From contig CAVYRH010000026.1 of the NCBI GenBank assembly GCA_963770835.1, positions 672,001-736,000 of the forward strand: a stretch of 64,000 nucleotides of DNA, given 5' to 3'. This DNA comes from an uncultured Pseudomonadota bacterium. Its GTDB lineage: Bacteria; Oederibacteriota; Muellerivitia; Muellerivitales; Muellerivitaceae. This document shows, one piece after another, positions 9,281 through 19,539 of this stretch (position 1 is its first letter; every line of letters begins with the position of its first letter). The position numbers were made by a program, and so were the translations under genes. The notes below the pieces were generated by a model, which saw nothing but the letters and a program-made list of their open reading frames with translations, did not search any database and had not been told where the DNA came from.

Positions 9281-11053
9281 TCAGCCCGCGCCCGCGGGCT
9301 TGGACGCCCCTACCCCATACTGAACCACCCCCATGGTTCCGCAAATGCCGCCGGCCCAGGCGCCCACGGGGTTCTTGAGCCTATCCAATAGCCCCACCTG
9401 CACGCAGCGCAGGTATTCCTCCGTCCAATAGCCCCCGTATTCCAGGTGGCAGCCCTTCTGGATGTCCACCACCTCCGCGGCCGCGACCCATTGGATGGGC
9501 GTCTTGCCCACTTCGGTGACGTAAAAGACGTAGACCGGCTCCTCGATGCGGCCCGGGCCGGGATCGAAGAGGGGGAACTGGGACGGACGGGTGAAGTCGA
9601 TCCAGGCCATCATGGCCCGCGCGCCCCACTGGTAGCGGGTGGAAGGGGAGGCGCCCAGGCCCTTCCGGCGAAGGCACCGGTGCATGAACTTGACGTAGGA
9701 CCTCAGCCCGCCCTCTTGCAGCACTCCCTGGTGGTAAGGCAGGGTGCCGATATTTTCCAGGGGGATTTGGCCTTGGGTCCATTTGGCCCCGCCCAGGGGC
9801 CCGACCTCGTGGGGCGGCGGCTGGGTGAAAGCCGGGTCCGGCGGCGTGAGGACGGATGGGGCCTGTTGGGACGGTTTCCAGTCGGGTTCTCGGGAGTCCC
9901 GGTCCTTCCAGGTGCGGGTGGGTGGGGGGGCGGGCACAGGCGGTTCTTCCGACCGCGCGCTTTCCGGGACGAAATCCTCCGGCCACCAGCCTTGGACGAC
10001 CCAATCGACCAGGGCCTTGATCTCCTCCACGTCCTCCAACCGCCATTTGAACAGGGCGTCCACGGCGCCATCCGCCAGTTCGCGGGCCAGGAGCGGGTCG
10101 TGGCAGAGGCCGCTCAAGCGGGCCAGGGGCCAGGCCATGCGTTTTTCGACCATGTAGCCGTGCAACTCCTCGTAGGGTTCCTCGTTGCGGGCTTCGGCCC
10201 GGGCGATCCTCTCGCGGGCCTTGGGCGTGAGGACGTCCATGAGGTCCAGGATGGTTTCCAGCTCCTTCTTGCTGTAAAAATTAATGGTCCCCACCATGCT
10301 CAAAGCCACCCCCGGCTTGGTCACCAGCAAGTCCCAAACCTGCCCGTAAGCCTCCACCCAGGGGCGGAAGGGGCCGTCGTTGTCGCAGAGCCACTCGGCG
10401 ATGTCATAGCCTTTCTCGAGGTCGAGCACGTGGGCCTTGATCTTTTCCCAACCCAGGCGTTTGGCGCCAGCCAGGCGGCGCCGGCCCGTGACCAGGCGGT
10501 AGTCCTGGCCGGGATAAAGATCCTTCTCTTCGGGCCGGAGTGGGCGCAGCTTGATGGGCCGCAGGAGCCCGGCCATTCGGATGGACCGGGCCATTTCTTC
10601 CGCCTGCTCTTCCGTGGGCGGTTGCAAATGGTCCATCAAGGGGGCGTCTTGGATAAGGGCGATGGGGATAACCACCGCGGGCGGCAGGGGAACGTGCGTT
10701 TTGGTGCCCATGGCGTAATACTTGGCGCGGTCCCACCTTTTCCGCCTCCATTTCCGGATGCGGAACTGGAGGTCGTGGAAGTTTTCCCGGCCCAGGCACC
10801 AAACCACCGTGCCCAAATGGATAACCAAACCCAATAAAAGGACAAGCCCCACCAAGACGGCACATTCCTGGGCCCATTCATGGGCGTAGACAAAGGAGCG
10901 GGTGGCCAAATAAAACCAAATGGCCAAGAAAACGACCGAATAGGGGATACCCAAAACCGATTCGTTGAAATTTTGGTCATCATCCCAAAGCCGCTTCAGC
11001 AGGTATTTCCAGTAGAGGGGGATTTTCCTCAAGCCGCAAATGATGGAGTCCAT
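9281..11053 (-). CDS. ParB N-terminal-domain protein with two N-terminal TM helices and Pro-rich linker
   Basis: EMARSIRMAGLLRPIKL and YRLVTGRRRLAGAKRLGWEKI are ParB box motifs; two hydrophobic segments upstream; start uncertain (frame open to 11254). Confidence 0.65.
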   Translation of the reverse strand: MDSIICGLRKIPLYWKYLLKRLWDDDQNFNESVLGIPYSVVFLAIWFYLATRSFVYAHEWAQECAVLVGLVLLLGLVIHLGTVVWCLGRENFHDLQFRIRKWRRKRWDRAKYYAMGTKTHVPLPPAVVIPIALIQDAPLMDHLQPPTEEQAEEMARSIRMAGLLRPIKLRPLRPEEKDLYPGQDYRLVTGRRRLAGAKRLGWEKIKAHVLDLEKGYDIAEWLCDNDGPFRPWVEAYGQVWDLLVTKPGVALSMVGTINFYSKKELETILDLMDVLTPKARERIARAEARNEEPYEELHGYMVEKRMAWPLARLSGLCHDPLLARELADGAVDALFKWRLEDVEEIKALVDWVVQGWWPEDFVPESARSEEPPVPAPPPTRTWKDRDSREPDWKPSQQAPSVLTPPDPAFTQPPPHEVGPLGGAKWTQGQIPLENIGTLPYHQGVLQEGGLRSYVKFMHRCLRRKGLGASPSTRYQWGARAMMAWIDFTRPSQFPLFDPGPGRIEEPVYVFYVTEVGKTPIQWVAAAEVVDIQKGCHLEYGGYWTEEYLRCVQVGLLDRLKNPVGAWAGGICGTMGVVQYGVGASKPAGAG

Positions 11054-11281
11054 GGAGGTTCCGGTCCTAATATCAGGAGATTCCTCCCCAGGATAATAAG
11101 ACCGGCGGCTGGGGGTAAGGACTTTTTTTAGGACTTTGTCCCGGCACCGCCCCCAATACCCCCGGACAGGCCACCGGGGAATGTTCGCGGGTTTTCGCCG
11201 CCAATAGGCGCGCCTTTTGGCGGCGGCGGGCTGGGAAAGGGCCCCGCCGTTCAACCTATTAAGAACTTGGGAGCCTCAGAG

Positions 11282-11980
11282 TTAAAGGAGGGCGGCAAAT
11301 CTCGCAAAGACCTTCCCGGCAATGGTTCGCAAGCCCTTGGCGTTCTCGGCCAAGTGATCCTCAATGGGCCCCGGCGGCAGGGGGCCGCCCTGGGGCGTGA
11401 GTTCCTTGGCATAAACCGCCATCCAACTTTTCACCATTTCCTCGGTCACTTCCAAATGGCATTGAAAGCCGTAGGCGTTGGTTCCTACCCGGAAAATCTG
11501 GTGGGGATAGGCGGCGCTTCCTGCCAGGAGGGACGCTTGGGTTGGAAGGGTGAAAGTGTCTCCATGCCAGTGGAAGGCGTTGAATTCCCTTGGCAGGCCC
11601 AATAAAAGCGGGTCCAAATGGCCCTGGTCCGTAAGGGTGATGGGGTACCAACCCACTTCCTGGGAAGGCCCCTTGTAAACCCGGCCCCCGGCGGCATGGG
11701 AGAGCATTTGAGAGCCCAGGCAAATTCCCAATACCGGTAGGGAAGAGTCCAGGCACTTCCGGATCGCGTCCAGCTCCGCCGTCATCCAGGGGAACTGGTT
11801 TTCTTCATATACTCCCATAGGGCCGCCCAGGACGATCAGTCCGTCGCCCAAATGGCCGGGAACAGGCTGGCCTTGGAAGGGCTTGAGGACATCCACCCGG
11901 ACTTCCTTCGCTTTTAGGATGTCCAGTAGGGAACCGGGGTCTTCGCAGTCGATATGTTGGAAGCAGGTGACGTGAGGCAT
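11282..11980 (-). CDS. class I glutamine amidotransferase (GMP-synthase-like GATase1)
   Basis: LGGPMGVY, LGICLGSQ nucleophile elbow, WHGDTF, FQCHLE. Confidence 0.92.
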   Translation of the reverse strand: MPHVTCFQHIDCEDPGSLLDILKAKEVRVDVLKPFQGQPVPGHLGDGLIVLGGPMGVYEENQFPWMTAELDAIRKCLDSSLPVLGICLGSQMLSHAAGGRVYKGPSQEVGWYPITLTDQGHLDPLLLGLPREFNAFHWHGDTFTLPTQASLLAGSAAYPHQIFRVGTNAYGFQCHLEVTEEMVKSWMAVYAKELTPQGGPLPPGPIEDHLAENAKGLRTIAGKVFARFAALL

Positions 11981-12096
11981 GGTGTACCTTGGGTAATTGA
12001 TTAAGAATGAAGAAATTATAATGAACTTAAACAATTCCAGTGGGAAAAGCTAGATTGCGGCTGGCGTAAATTTAATCTAGGATAAGCCAACTTTAT

Positions 12097-12163
12097 TATA
12101 ACTGGGGTTGCTTCGTCGTATTCGCCCGCTATTCAGCTGGCACTCCTCGCAATGACAGTTATA
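12097..12163 (+). promoter_or_regulatory. structured 5' leader of crcB, candidate cis-regulatory RNA
   Basis: Nested pairings TATAACTG/CAGTTATA, TTGC/GCAA, GCCCGCT-ATTC-AGCTGGC just upstream of the AAGGA RBS. Confidence 0.4.
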
Positions 12164-12179
12164 TGTTTTGGTAAGGAAT

Positions 12180-12554
12180 ATGGACAAATACATCATCATC
12201 GGCGCGGGCGCCATCCTGGGAGCTTTTTGCCGTTATTGGATGGCAATCTGGGTCTCCAGCAAATGGGGTACTCAGTTCGCCTATGGCACGCTCCTCATCA
12301 ATCTTATCGGTTCCTTCGTGTTGGGGCTATTTCTTACCATGAACTTGGACCGGGGACTGTTTACACCCAATGCCCGCCTTCTGGTGGCGGTTGGCTGGTG
12401 TGCTTCCTTCACCACTTATTCCACCTTCAGCTGGGAGACCTTCCGCTACATTCAAGAAGGAAATTTGAAACTCGCGGGCGCCAATATTGCTTTCACTGTG
12501 TTGGGGTGTCTAGTCGCAACTTGGGCTGGGGCAACCGTCGGTAAAATCTTGTAG
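12180..12554 (+). CDS. crcB: fluoride channel CrcB/FluC
   Basis: GAILGAFCRY, GTLLINLIGSF, GWCASFTTYSTFSWE motifs; 124 aa, four TM segments. Confidence 0.95.
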   Translation: MDKYIIIGAGAILGAFCRYWMAIWVSSKWGTQFAYGTLLINLIGSFVLGLFLTMNLDRGLFTPNARLLVAVGWCASFTTYSTFSWETFRYIQEGNLKLAGANIAFTVLGCLVATWAGATVGKIL

Positions 12555-12566
12555 TGTGGAGGCACT

Positions 12567-12935
12567 ATGAACATCGTGGGCAAATGCAAACTATTGCGGA
12601 TTTTCATCGATGAGGATTTGAAGTGGCATAACAAACTTCTATACAGGGCTATTGTGGATAAACTGCTGGAGCTCAAGGTCGCCGGGGCCAGTGTGTTTAA
12701 GGGCGTTGAGGGTTTCGGCTCCAAGGCGCACATTCATTCGTCGCGCATCCTGGAAATTACTGAAAACCTTCCCATGCTGATCGAAGTGGTGGACAAGCCC
12801 AAGCAAATCCACAAAGCCTTGAATGCCGTGGAGCCCATGTTGCCCAAGCACTGCCTGGTGACGGTGCAGGATATTCATGTACTTCACTACCATCATCCCG
12901 AAGGAAAGCACTCCAAAACCAAGAAATTAAGTTGA
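12567..12935 (+). CDS. DUF190 (PII-like) protein
   Basis: LLRIFIDE, GASVFKGVEGFG, LPMLIEVVD; usual partner downstream of crcB. Confidence 0.9.
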   Translation: MNIVGKCKLLRIFIDEDLKWHNKLLYRAIVDKLLELKVAGASVFKGVEGFGSKAHIHSSRILEITENLPMLIEVVDKPKQIHKALNAVEPMLPKHCLVTVQDIHVLHYHHPEGKHSKTKKLS

Positions 12936-13041
12936 ACGTGAGAGTTCGTCGCTTTAACGGTTCTCGAAATCTACTTGTTTTGATTCCTATTTCTTGAAAA
13001 CAACGACAAATCGCGATATTTTTTATGTTAGGTTAACTTTA

Positions 13042-13075
13042 TTGAAACTGTTCAATTTTTTTCAAACCGGTTCAA
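13042..13075. promoter_or_regulatory. two candidate LacI-type operator palindromes upstream of the GH5 gene
   Basis: TTGAAACTGTTCAA (13042-13055) and TCAAACCGGTTCAA (13062-13075). Confidence 0.45.
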
Positions 13076-13097
13076 AACATTAAAAAGAAGGGGTGCC

Positions 13098-16000
13098 ATG
13101 AAAGGGCCTGGTAAGAGTTTTAAAGGTAATAATGGCGCGCCCGAATATTTTTTTGGCCCAACTGTTAAAACGTTTTTCGGCAAGCTTTTTCTGAGACTGT
13201 TTTTCCTCAGTCTTTCGCTGGGTTTACTTTCCATTCCGCGGATCTCCCAAGCCGCATCACCTCAATTGAAAATCTCCGGCAACCAGATTGTCAACGCCAG
13301 CAGTGGATGTACGGTTCACTTGAGGGGCGTTGATCTTTCAGGGCTGGAATACAGCACCACCGGAGACGGTGGAACCGGAGCTCCCACCACCAACGTCAAT
13401 GGCGTTACCATGACGGATTATGTTTCCATTATCACCGAGGCGATAACGGTCTGGCACGCCAACTGTATCCGGTTTCCCTTAAACCAGGATTTTTGGTTTG
13501 GATGCTCGAACAGCAAGGGCACCCCTAACTTGACCGCGTACAAGGATATGATCCAGGCGGCCGTCAGTATTTGTTCCTATTACAACGCCTACATCGACCT
13601 GGACTTGCACTGGTCTGGCACCGCCAGCACGGCTTCCGCTCCCTGCGGGACCGGGTGGGGGACTGCCACGGGTCAGCAAAATATGCCGGACATGAACGCC
13701 GTGACTTTTTGGTCTTCCCTCTCCTCCGCCTACGCCAATAATCCGGCGGTGATGTTTGATATGTATAACGAACCTCATGACGTGACCTGGGCGGTTTGGC
13801 AAGGTGGCGGGGCCACCGGGGCCACACCCTCGAATACACCGGGGCTTCAAGCCCTCTTGACCGCCATCCGGACTGCGGGCGCCAACAACATCGTAGTGGC
13901 GGGGGGACTCAACTGGGCCTTCGACCTGACGGGGGTCGCCAGCGGGAGCACCAGTTGCAGCGGTGGCAATTGCGGCTTAACCGACACCGGGAGCGGGAAC
14001 GGAGTTCTCTATTCTTCCCATTGTTATTCCAGCAAGGGTTATACGGTGGGGACTGGATGGGATCCCTACGTGACAGTCGCGACTTCCACACATGCAGTCA
14101 TCATCGAGGAGTTCGGAGCCCAATCCACCGATCCAGGGGGCTGGGACAATTCGGCACTAACCTGGATTGATGGAACCAATAGCAACAACTATACCTATTC
14201 CGCCATGGCTTGGGCCTTTAGCTCCGACGTGGGCCCGACGCTCCTGACCAGCTTCGCCGGTTACCCCACCACCTCTTACCACGGAGCGCCGGTTTCCACT
14301 TGGCTTTATAACATGAATGACACTCCCACCCCGAATTGCAGTGGCGGGGGAAGCACCCCGACTTTTACCTCAACCCCCACTTTTACCGCGACCCGGACGG
14401 CCACCGCCACGCCGACCAAGACGACTACGGCGACGCCCTCCAACACCGTAACGGCCACTCCGTCCAATTCCCCCACCGGTACACCCACCTTTACCCGGAC
14501 CAACAGCGCCACCAATACCACCACCTCGACCGCGACGAATTCCGCCACAGCGACTTCCACCTCGACTGTTACCCGAACGGCCAGCGCGACCGCTACCAAT
14601 ACCCCCAGCAACAGCCCCACCAACACTTCCTCGTTAACACCGACCGCGACGACCACCAATAGCCCCACCCGCACTTCCACGGCGACGGCCACTTATACCC
14701 TGATTAATACAGGAACCCCGACTTCCACTCCCACTGAAACGGCCACCAGCACCCCAAGCAACAGCCCCACCAACACTTCTTCTTTAACGCCGACCGCGAC
14801 AACCACCAATAGTCCTACCCGCACTTCCACGGCGACGGCCACTTACACTCTGATCAATACGGGAACCCCGACTTCCACTCCCGCTGAAACGGCCACCAGT
14901 ACCCCAAGCAACAGCCCCACCAACACTTCCTCGTTAACCCCGACCGCGACGACTACGAACAGCCCCACCCGGACTTCGACGGCGACGACCACTTCCACTC
15001 CAACCAATAGTCCCACCCAAACGCCGACCGCTACTCCCACCGATACGTTGATCCATTCGGCCACGCCCACCCAAACGCCCACCAGAACGGGGACCCCAAC
15101 CGTCACCAGCACGGCCACCGATACCGCTTCCTCAACTGCGACTGATACACCAACCAATACGCTCATCAATACCGGCACGCCCACCTCTACGGCCACTTCG
15201 ACGCCCACCCATACTCCGACCGCTACCCCCACCTCCACCTTGACGGTTACCATGACACCAACCTATTCCTCCACGGCGACCCCCACTAATACTTTGATCC
15301 ATACAGCCACCCCCTCCACTACGGCAACCTTGACTCCGAGTTCAACCCCGACCCAAACCGGCACATTCACAGCGACCTTTACCGAAACCGCCACCCCGAC
15401 AGTCACGCCTTCCGCCACGTCCTCGGCGGTGACGGTGGCGGCGTCGCTGGGACCCAATCCTCCCGGTAATTCCAACCAACTTGCCGGGGCTTCCAATGTG
15501 GCCGTTCAGCAAGTTGTATTGACGAATCCCAGCGCCTCGACGATCACCATGACGGCCTTGACCCTGTCGGTTTCGGGTACGGGGAACCCGGCGGATATTA
15601 CGAGCGTGACCTTGTCGGCTAGCGGGACCCCCATTGCAACAACGTCCTTCTCCGGAACAACGGCGACCTTCTCGTTCAGCGGGACCTTGCCGGCCTCCTC
15701 CAGCGTGACCTATATCGTGACGGCCAATTTTGACTCGGGGGCCAGCGGCACTTATGCCTTCAACACGACGGGAGCCAGCGGAAACAACGGGCCAGCGGCA
15801 CAGTTCAGCGGCTTGCCGTTAACCGGAGCTACCGTTACGGTGGCCCACCCGACCACCACTGCCACCCAAACCTCCACGCCTCAGCCGTTTACCACGCCGG
15901 TCGTCTTTCCCAACCCGGTGAGTGGCGGTCCAGTGTTCCAACTGAATCCTGGCTTGGCTTCTACTTCCAACGTGCGAGTTGACTACTACACGTTAGCTTT

Positions 16001-16163
16001 TAGGAAGATCAACGAACTTTCCTTCCAGGATGTTCCGCCCGGCAAAGTTTTAACCCTGCCATTGACGGACAAATGGGGGAATTCCCTCGCCAGCGGCCTT
16101 TATTACATCGTTGTGCAATCCTCCCAAGGCCGTTCCATATTGAAGCTGTTGGTCTTAAAATAG
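13098..16163 (+). CDS. secreted GH5 endoglucanase-like enzyme with Thr-rich stalk, Ig-like domain and T9SS-type-A-like C-terminus
   Basis: [26 protein letters not shown] (acid/base), IIEEFG (nucleophile), AWAF; tail VFPNP..LASGLYY..KLLVLK. Confidence 0.9.
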   Translation: MKGPGKSFKGNNGAPEYFFGPTVKTFFGKLFLRLFFLSLSLGLLSIPRISQAASPQLKISGNQIVNASSGCTVHLRGVDLSGLEYSTTGDGGTGAPTTNVNGVTMTDYVSIITEAITVWHANCIRFPLNQDFWFGCSNSKGTPNLTAYKDMIQAAVSICSYYNAYIDLDLHWSGTASTASAPCGTGWGTATGQQNMPDMNAVTFWSSLSSAYANNPAVMFDMYNEPHDVTWAVWQGGGATGATPSNTPGLQALLTAIRTAGANNIVVAGGLNWAFDLTGVASGSTSCSGGNCGLTDTGSGNGVLYSSHCYSSKGYTVGTGWDPYVTVATSTHAVIIEEFGAQSTDPGGWDNSALTWIDGTNSNNYTYSAMAWAFSSDVGPTLLTSFAGYPTTSYHGAPVSTWLYNMNDTPTPNCSGGGSTPTFTSTPTFTATRTATATPTKTTTATPSNTVTATPSNSPTGTPTFTRTNSATNTTTSTATNSATATSTSTVTRTASATATNTPSNSPTNTSSLTPTATTTNSPTRTSTATATYTLINTGTPTSTPTETATSTPSNSPTNTSSLTPTATTTNSPTRTSTATATYTLINTGTPTSTPAETATSTPSNSPTNTSSLTPTATTTNSPTRTSTATTTSTPTNSPTQTPTATPTDTLIHSATPTQTPTRTGTPTVTSTATDTASSTATDTPTNTLINTGTPTSTATSTPTHTPTATPTSTLTVTMTPTYSSTATPTNTLIHTATPSTTATLTPSSTPTQTGTFTATFTETATPTVTPSATSSAVTVAASLGPNPPGNSNQLAGASNVAVQQVVLTNPSASTITMTALTLSVSGTGNPADITSVTLSASGTPIATTSFSGTTATFSFSGTLPASSSVTYIVTANFDSGASGTYAFNTTGASGNNGPAAQFSGLPLTGATVTVAHPTTTATQTSTPQPFTTPVVFPNPVSGGPVFQLNPGLASTSNVRVDYYTLAFRKINELSFQDVPPGKVLTLPLTDKWGNSLASGLYYIVVQSSQGRSILKLLVLK
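14601..14990 (+). repeat. 150-bp (50-aa) intragenic tandem repeat, ~2.6 copies
   Basis: ACCCC(C/A)AGCAACAGCCCCACCAACACTTC recurs at 14601, 14751, 14901. Confidence 0.9.
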
Positions 16164-16289
16164 TCCCCGGCGGGATTTGAATTAGAGCCGTATAAAACAT
16201 CCCTCCTAAAAATTAAATTCGCTGGGAAAATTCCATTTGGGGTGATGCTCGCCCGCTTGCCATCAAAATTTAAAGACCGGAGGCCGCAA

Positions 16290-18266
16290 ATGAAGAAGAC
16301 CCTTTTGTGCCTGATCTTGGGAGCGCTTTTAGGAATGACCCAGGCGGAGGCAAAGTTGAAGTTGCCCTCCATCATTGGCGACCACATGGTCCTGCAAAAG
16401 GGGACTCCTTCGGTTTGGGGATGGGCCGATCCGGGTGAAACCGTGACGGTGGCCTTAGGGAACAACGCCAAAACTGCCCAAGCGGATGACCAAGGACGTT
16501 GGAAGGTCTCCCTTGCCCTTCCCAGGGCCGGGGGGCCGTATGAAATGACCGTTTCGTCGGCGGGCGAATCAGTAACGATCGAGGACGTTTTGGTAGGTGA
16601 GGTTTGGCTGGGTTCGGGCCAATCGAACATGGAATTCGCCATGAAAACCTCCAGCGACGCCGACACGGAAATCCCGGCCGCCAATTTTCCTACGATCAGG
16701 CTTTTCACCGCGGCCCGGGTTGCCGCCTTTACACCCCTGGCCGATGTGCAAGGGTTCTGGAAAGTCTGTTCCCCAGATACAGTCGGGGATTTCTCAGCGG
16801 TGGCCTACCATTTTGGGAAAGAACTCCACAAGGCTTTCAAGAAGGTTCCCGTAGGGCTGATTGTCGCCGCCTGGGGAGGGTCGGGGGCGGAAGCCTGGAC
16901 GCCACGGGAAACACTGGAAAAGGACCCCGTTTTCACTCAGCTCATTGACCAATGGGACCACAATGAAAAGCAGATCAAGACCTGGAAAGAGGGGGACGAT
17001 TTCGAACTTTGGGTATCGGACATCCGTTTTATGCCGAAAGATCCTAAGGACAAACCGCTGACCGTGTCCGCCCAAACCGACCCCCAAAGCGTCGGCGGTC
17101 CCTGGCAAATTTCGGTCAAACCGGAGTGCCAAGGCGCCGTGACGGTCACCGACAAAGCCTTTTCGGGCCAAGGGCCCGCGGTAAGATTTTTCGGCGCGAT
17201 GAAGGGGGGCGGGTGGGGTACGCTTTCCTCTAATCTTTCGGCGCAAAACCGCCCGTTGGACCTAAGAAAGTATCAATCGGTTGAATTCTACATTAAGGGA
17301 AAGGGACAGTACCGGGTTTCGTTGGGGCAGCCTTCCATTTTGGATTACGACTTTTATGCCTCCAAAGACCCTTTCGACGCGCCGGTCTCTTGGACGAAGA
17401 TGCATTTTGACATCGCTGATTTGAAACAGGGGGGCTGGGGAGGGCCTAAGCCTTTCACGGCGGACACAGTTATTTCCCTTAACTTCCCGATACAGGTGCC
17501 CTATTGGCCCGATGTCGTGGCGGCTTGTTACGACGGCATGGCCGCACCCCTCACGCCTTATACCATCCGGGGGGTTCTTTGGTACCAGGGAGAGTCCAAT
17601 ACCGGGCGGGCCAGCCAATACCACCAGCTTCTTTCGGATCTCATCACCAGCTGGCGGAGGGCCTGGGGCGAGGATTTTCCTTTCCTCATTATCCAGCTTC
17701 CCAATTTTATGGCGGCTCAGGACAATCCTTCCGAGAGCCAGTGGGCCGAACTGCGTGAAGCCCAACTTCAAACTTCCCAAACCGTTCCGAAAACCGGCCT
17801 TATCACCACCATCGACCTGGGTGAGGCGAACAACATCCACCCGAAGGAGAAGACTGACGTGGGTCACCGGGCCGCTTTGGCGGCTTTGGGTGTGGCCTAT
17901 CACCGGAGTACGGTTTATTCCGGACCATCCCTTCTTTCAACGAAATTGAAGGGTGCTCAGGTAGTATTGAAATTCGGGAACACGGGCAAGGGACTCATGG
18001 CCAAGGGTGGGGGATCATTGAAAGGCTTTGCTATTGCGGGCGCGGACCAAAAGTTTTATTGGGCCACGGCCGAAATAAAGGGCGAGACGGTGGTGGTTTT
18101 CAACGAACAAGTTCCCGATCCGGAGGTCGTGCGTTATGGCTGGGCCGATAATCCCGTTTGCAATCTTTACAACTTTGAGGGATTGCCGGCTTCACCTTTT
18201 CAATATTCTTTTCCGCCGAAGCCTGGAGCCAAGGCGGCAACCGATGGGATTCCTCCGCCCCCCTGA
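16290..18266 (+). CDS. secreted sialate O-acetylesterase-family (SASA, SGNH) esterase with inserted CBM11/CIA30-like domain
   Basis: DHMVLQ, GEVWLGSGQSNM, FSAVAYHFG, IRGVLWYQGESN, NIHP, VRYGWADNP; GGAGG RBS. Confidence 0.9.
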   Translation: MKKTLLCLILGALLGMTQAEAKLKLPSIIGDHMVLQKGTPSVWGWADPGETVTVALGNNAKTAQADDQGRWKVSLALPRAGGPYEMTVSSAGESVTIEDVLVGEVWLGSGQSNMEFAMKTSSDADTEIPAANFPTIRLFTAARVAAFTPLADVQGFWKVCSPDTVGDFSAVAYHFGKELHKAFKKVPVGLIVAAWGGSGAEAWTPRETLEKDPVFTQLIDQWDHNEKQIKTWKEGDDFELWVSDIRFMPKDPKDKPLTVSAQTDPQSVGGPWQISVKPECQGAVTVTDKAFSGQGPAVRFFGAMKGGGWGTLSSNLSAQNRPLDLRKYQSVEFYIKGKGQYRVSLGQPSILDYDFYASKDPFDAPVSWTKMHFDIADLKQGGWGGPKPFTADTVISLNFPIQVPYWPDVVAACYDGMAAPLTPYTIRGVLWYQGESNTGRASQYHQLLSDLITSWRRAWGEDFPFLIIQLPNFMAAQDNPSESQWAELREAQLQTSQTVPKTGLITTIDLGEANNIHPKEKTDVGHRAALAALGVAYHRSTVYSGPSLLSTKLKGAQVVLKFGNTGKGLMAKGGGSLKGFAIAGADQKFYWATAEIKGETVVVFNEQVPDPEVVRYGWADNPVCNLYNFEGLPASPFQYSFPPKPGAKAATDGIPPPP

Positions 18267-18276
18267 TGCCTGGAGA

Positions 18277-19539
18277 TTATTTTTTTGAAGACTCTTCCAA
18301 GAGCTCCTTGGCTTGGAGGACCAGGGGATGGTCCGGCGGAAAAAAGAGCTCCAAATCGGACAAGGCTTCCTTCCGATCGTTTTTGGCCTTACCCTTCTGG
18401 CCCAAAGCGGATTCGATTTCAGCCAATTGCATGAGATCCAGTGCCACTTGGGGATGGTGGGGGCCTAGGACGGACTTCTCTGTTTGAATGATTTTTTTCA
18501 ACAAATCCGCCGCTGACTTGTTGTCTCCGGTCGCCCGATAAGCCCTAACTAACCTATTCATATGAGGAAGAGCTTGATAGTCGTAGTCCGTGCCGACGAG
18601 TTGTCGGGCAATTTTGAGGGCGGACTCGTAAAGCGGACGGCCTTTGTCACCCGAACCGTGACTATCGTAGAAATCGGCAAGGTTTTCCATCCCATCCACC
18701 ACTTCGATGCTGTCGGATGCAAAATTCTTTTGAGCGGTTTCCAAAGCCTTTTCTAGGCAGGATTGGGCCTGGGAGAAGTTTTGCTGAGCGGAATAGGACT
18801 CCGCCAAATTTTTCCATAGGCTGATGCAAAAGGCTGGTTTCGGAGGGTGAGCCTTTTCAAGGCTTTTTAGGGCTTCTCGAAAAAGGGTTTGGGCTTCGGC
18901 TTGGTTTTTCAAGGCCTGCTCAATCCGCCCCAGGAGGTACTGGGAAGGGGATAGGGATTGGTTCCCAGACCCATCTATTGTTCGCAATGCCAGGGCCCTT
19001 TTTTCGAGTAATTCGGCCTCCCGCAGACGATTCAAGTCAATGTACAAAGCGGCCAAGTGATCAAGGGAATCCGCCAATTTCGGGTCATCAGGCCCCAGAT
19101 TTCTTTCCTGAAGCGCCAAGCCCCATTTAAAGTTTTGCTCCGAATCGCCGTATTCGGCGAGGTGCCATTGCAGTGTTGCCTCATCATTGAGGATGGGGAC
19201 CAATGAAAGGCTCGTCGCACCATGTTCGTCCTGGGCGATCTTGAGGGCCGATTTCTCGTCTTGAAGGGCTTCGGAAAAAGCTCCTTCCTTAACGGAATTG
19301 AGGGCGCTGATCCTGGCCGTTACAAATACGCTGGTATCCATCATGGGTTCCGCGGCAAAGGCCCTCGTTTGGGTTAAGCCCCCCATGGCCCCTATCAGAA
19401 AGAAATATCCCATGGAGACCCTGAAAATTGTCTTTTCCAAGACCGAGATGATGGAGAAATCTTTCTTTAATATTAGGAAGAGGGGGCTGGATATAAGGGG
19501 GACCGGTTTTGGCCATGCGAAATCCAAGGAAAATTTCAT
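18277..19539 (-). CDS. tetratricopeptide repeat protein
   Basis: Repeats such as LGPDDPKLADSLDHLAALY and LGPHHPQVALDLMQLA; ATGA overlap with the upstream gene; true start may be further downstream. Confidence 0.85.
   Translation of the reverse strand: MKFSLDFAWPKPVPLISSPLFLILKKDFSIISVLEKTIFRVSMGYFFLIGAMGGLTQTRAFAAEPMMDTSVFVTARISALNSVKEGAFSEALQDEKSALKIAQDEHGATSLSLVPILNDEATLQWHLAEYGDSEQNFKWGLALQERNLGPDDPKLADSLDHLAALYIDLNRLREAELLEKRALALRTIDGSGNQSLSPSQYLLGRIEQALKNQAEAQTLFREALKSLEKAHPPKPAFCISLWKNLAESYSAQQNFSQAQSCLEKALETAQKNFASDSIEVVDGMENLADFYDSHGSGDKGRPLYESALKIARQLVGTDYDYQALPHMNRLVRAYRATGDNKSAADLLKKIIQTEKSVLGPHHPQVALDLMQLAEIESALGQKGKAKNDRKEALSDLELFFPPDHPLVLQAKELLEESSKK

Noticed and set aside
5972..11053. 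Canonical parABS locus, prophage or conjugative element
   Set aside because: No ParA, integrase, relaxase, T4SS ATPase or phage structural genes
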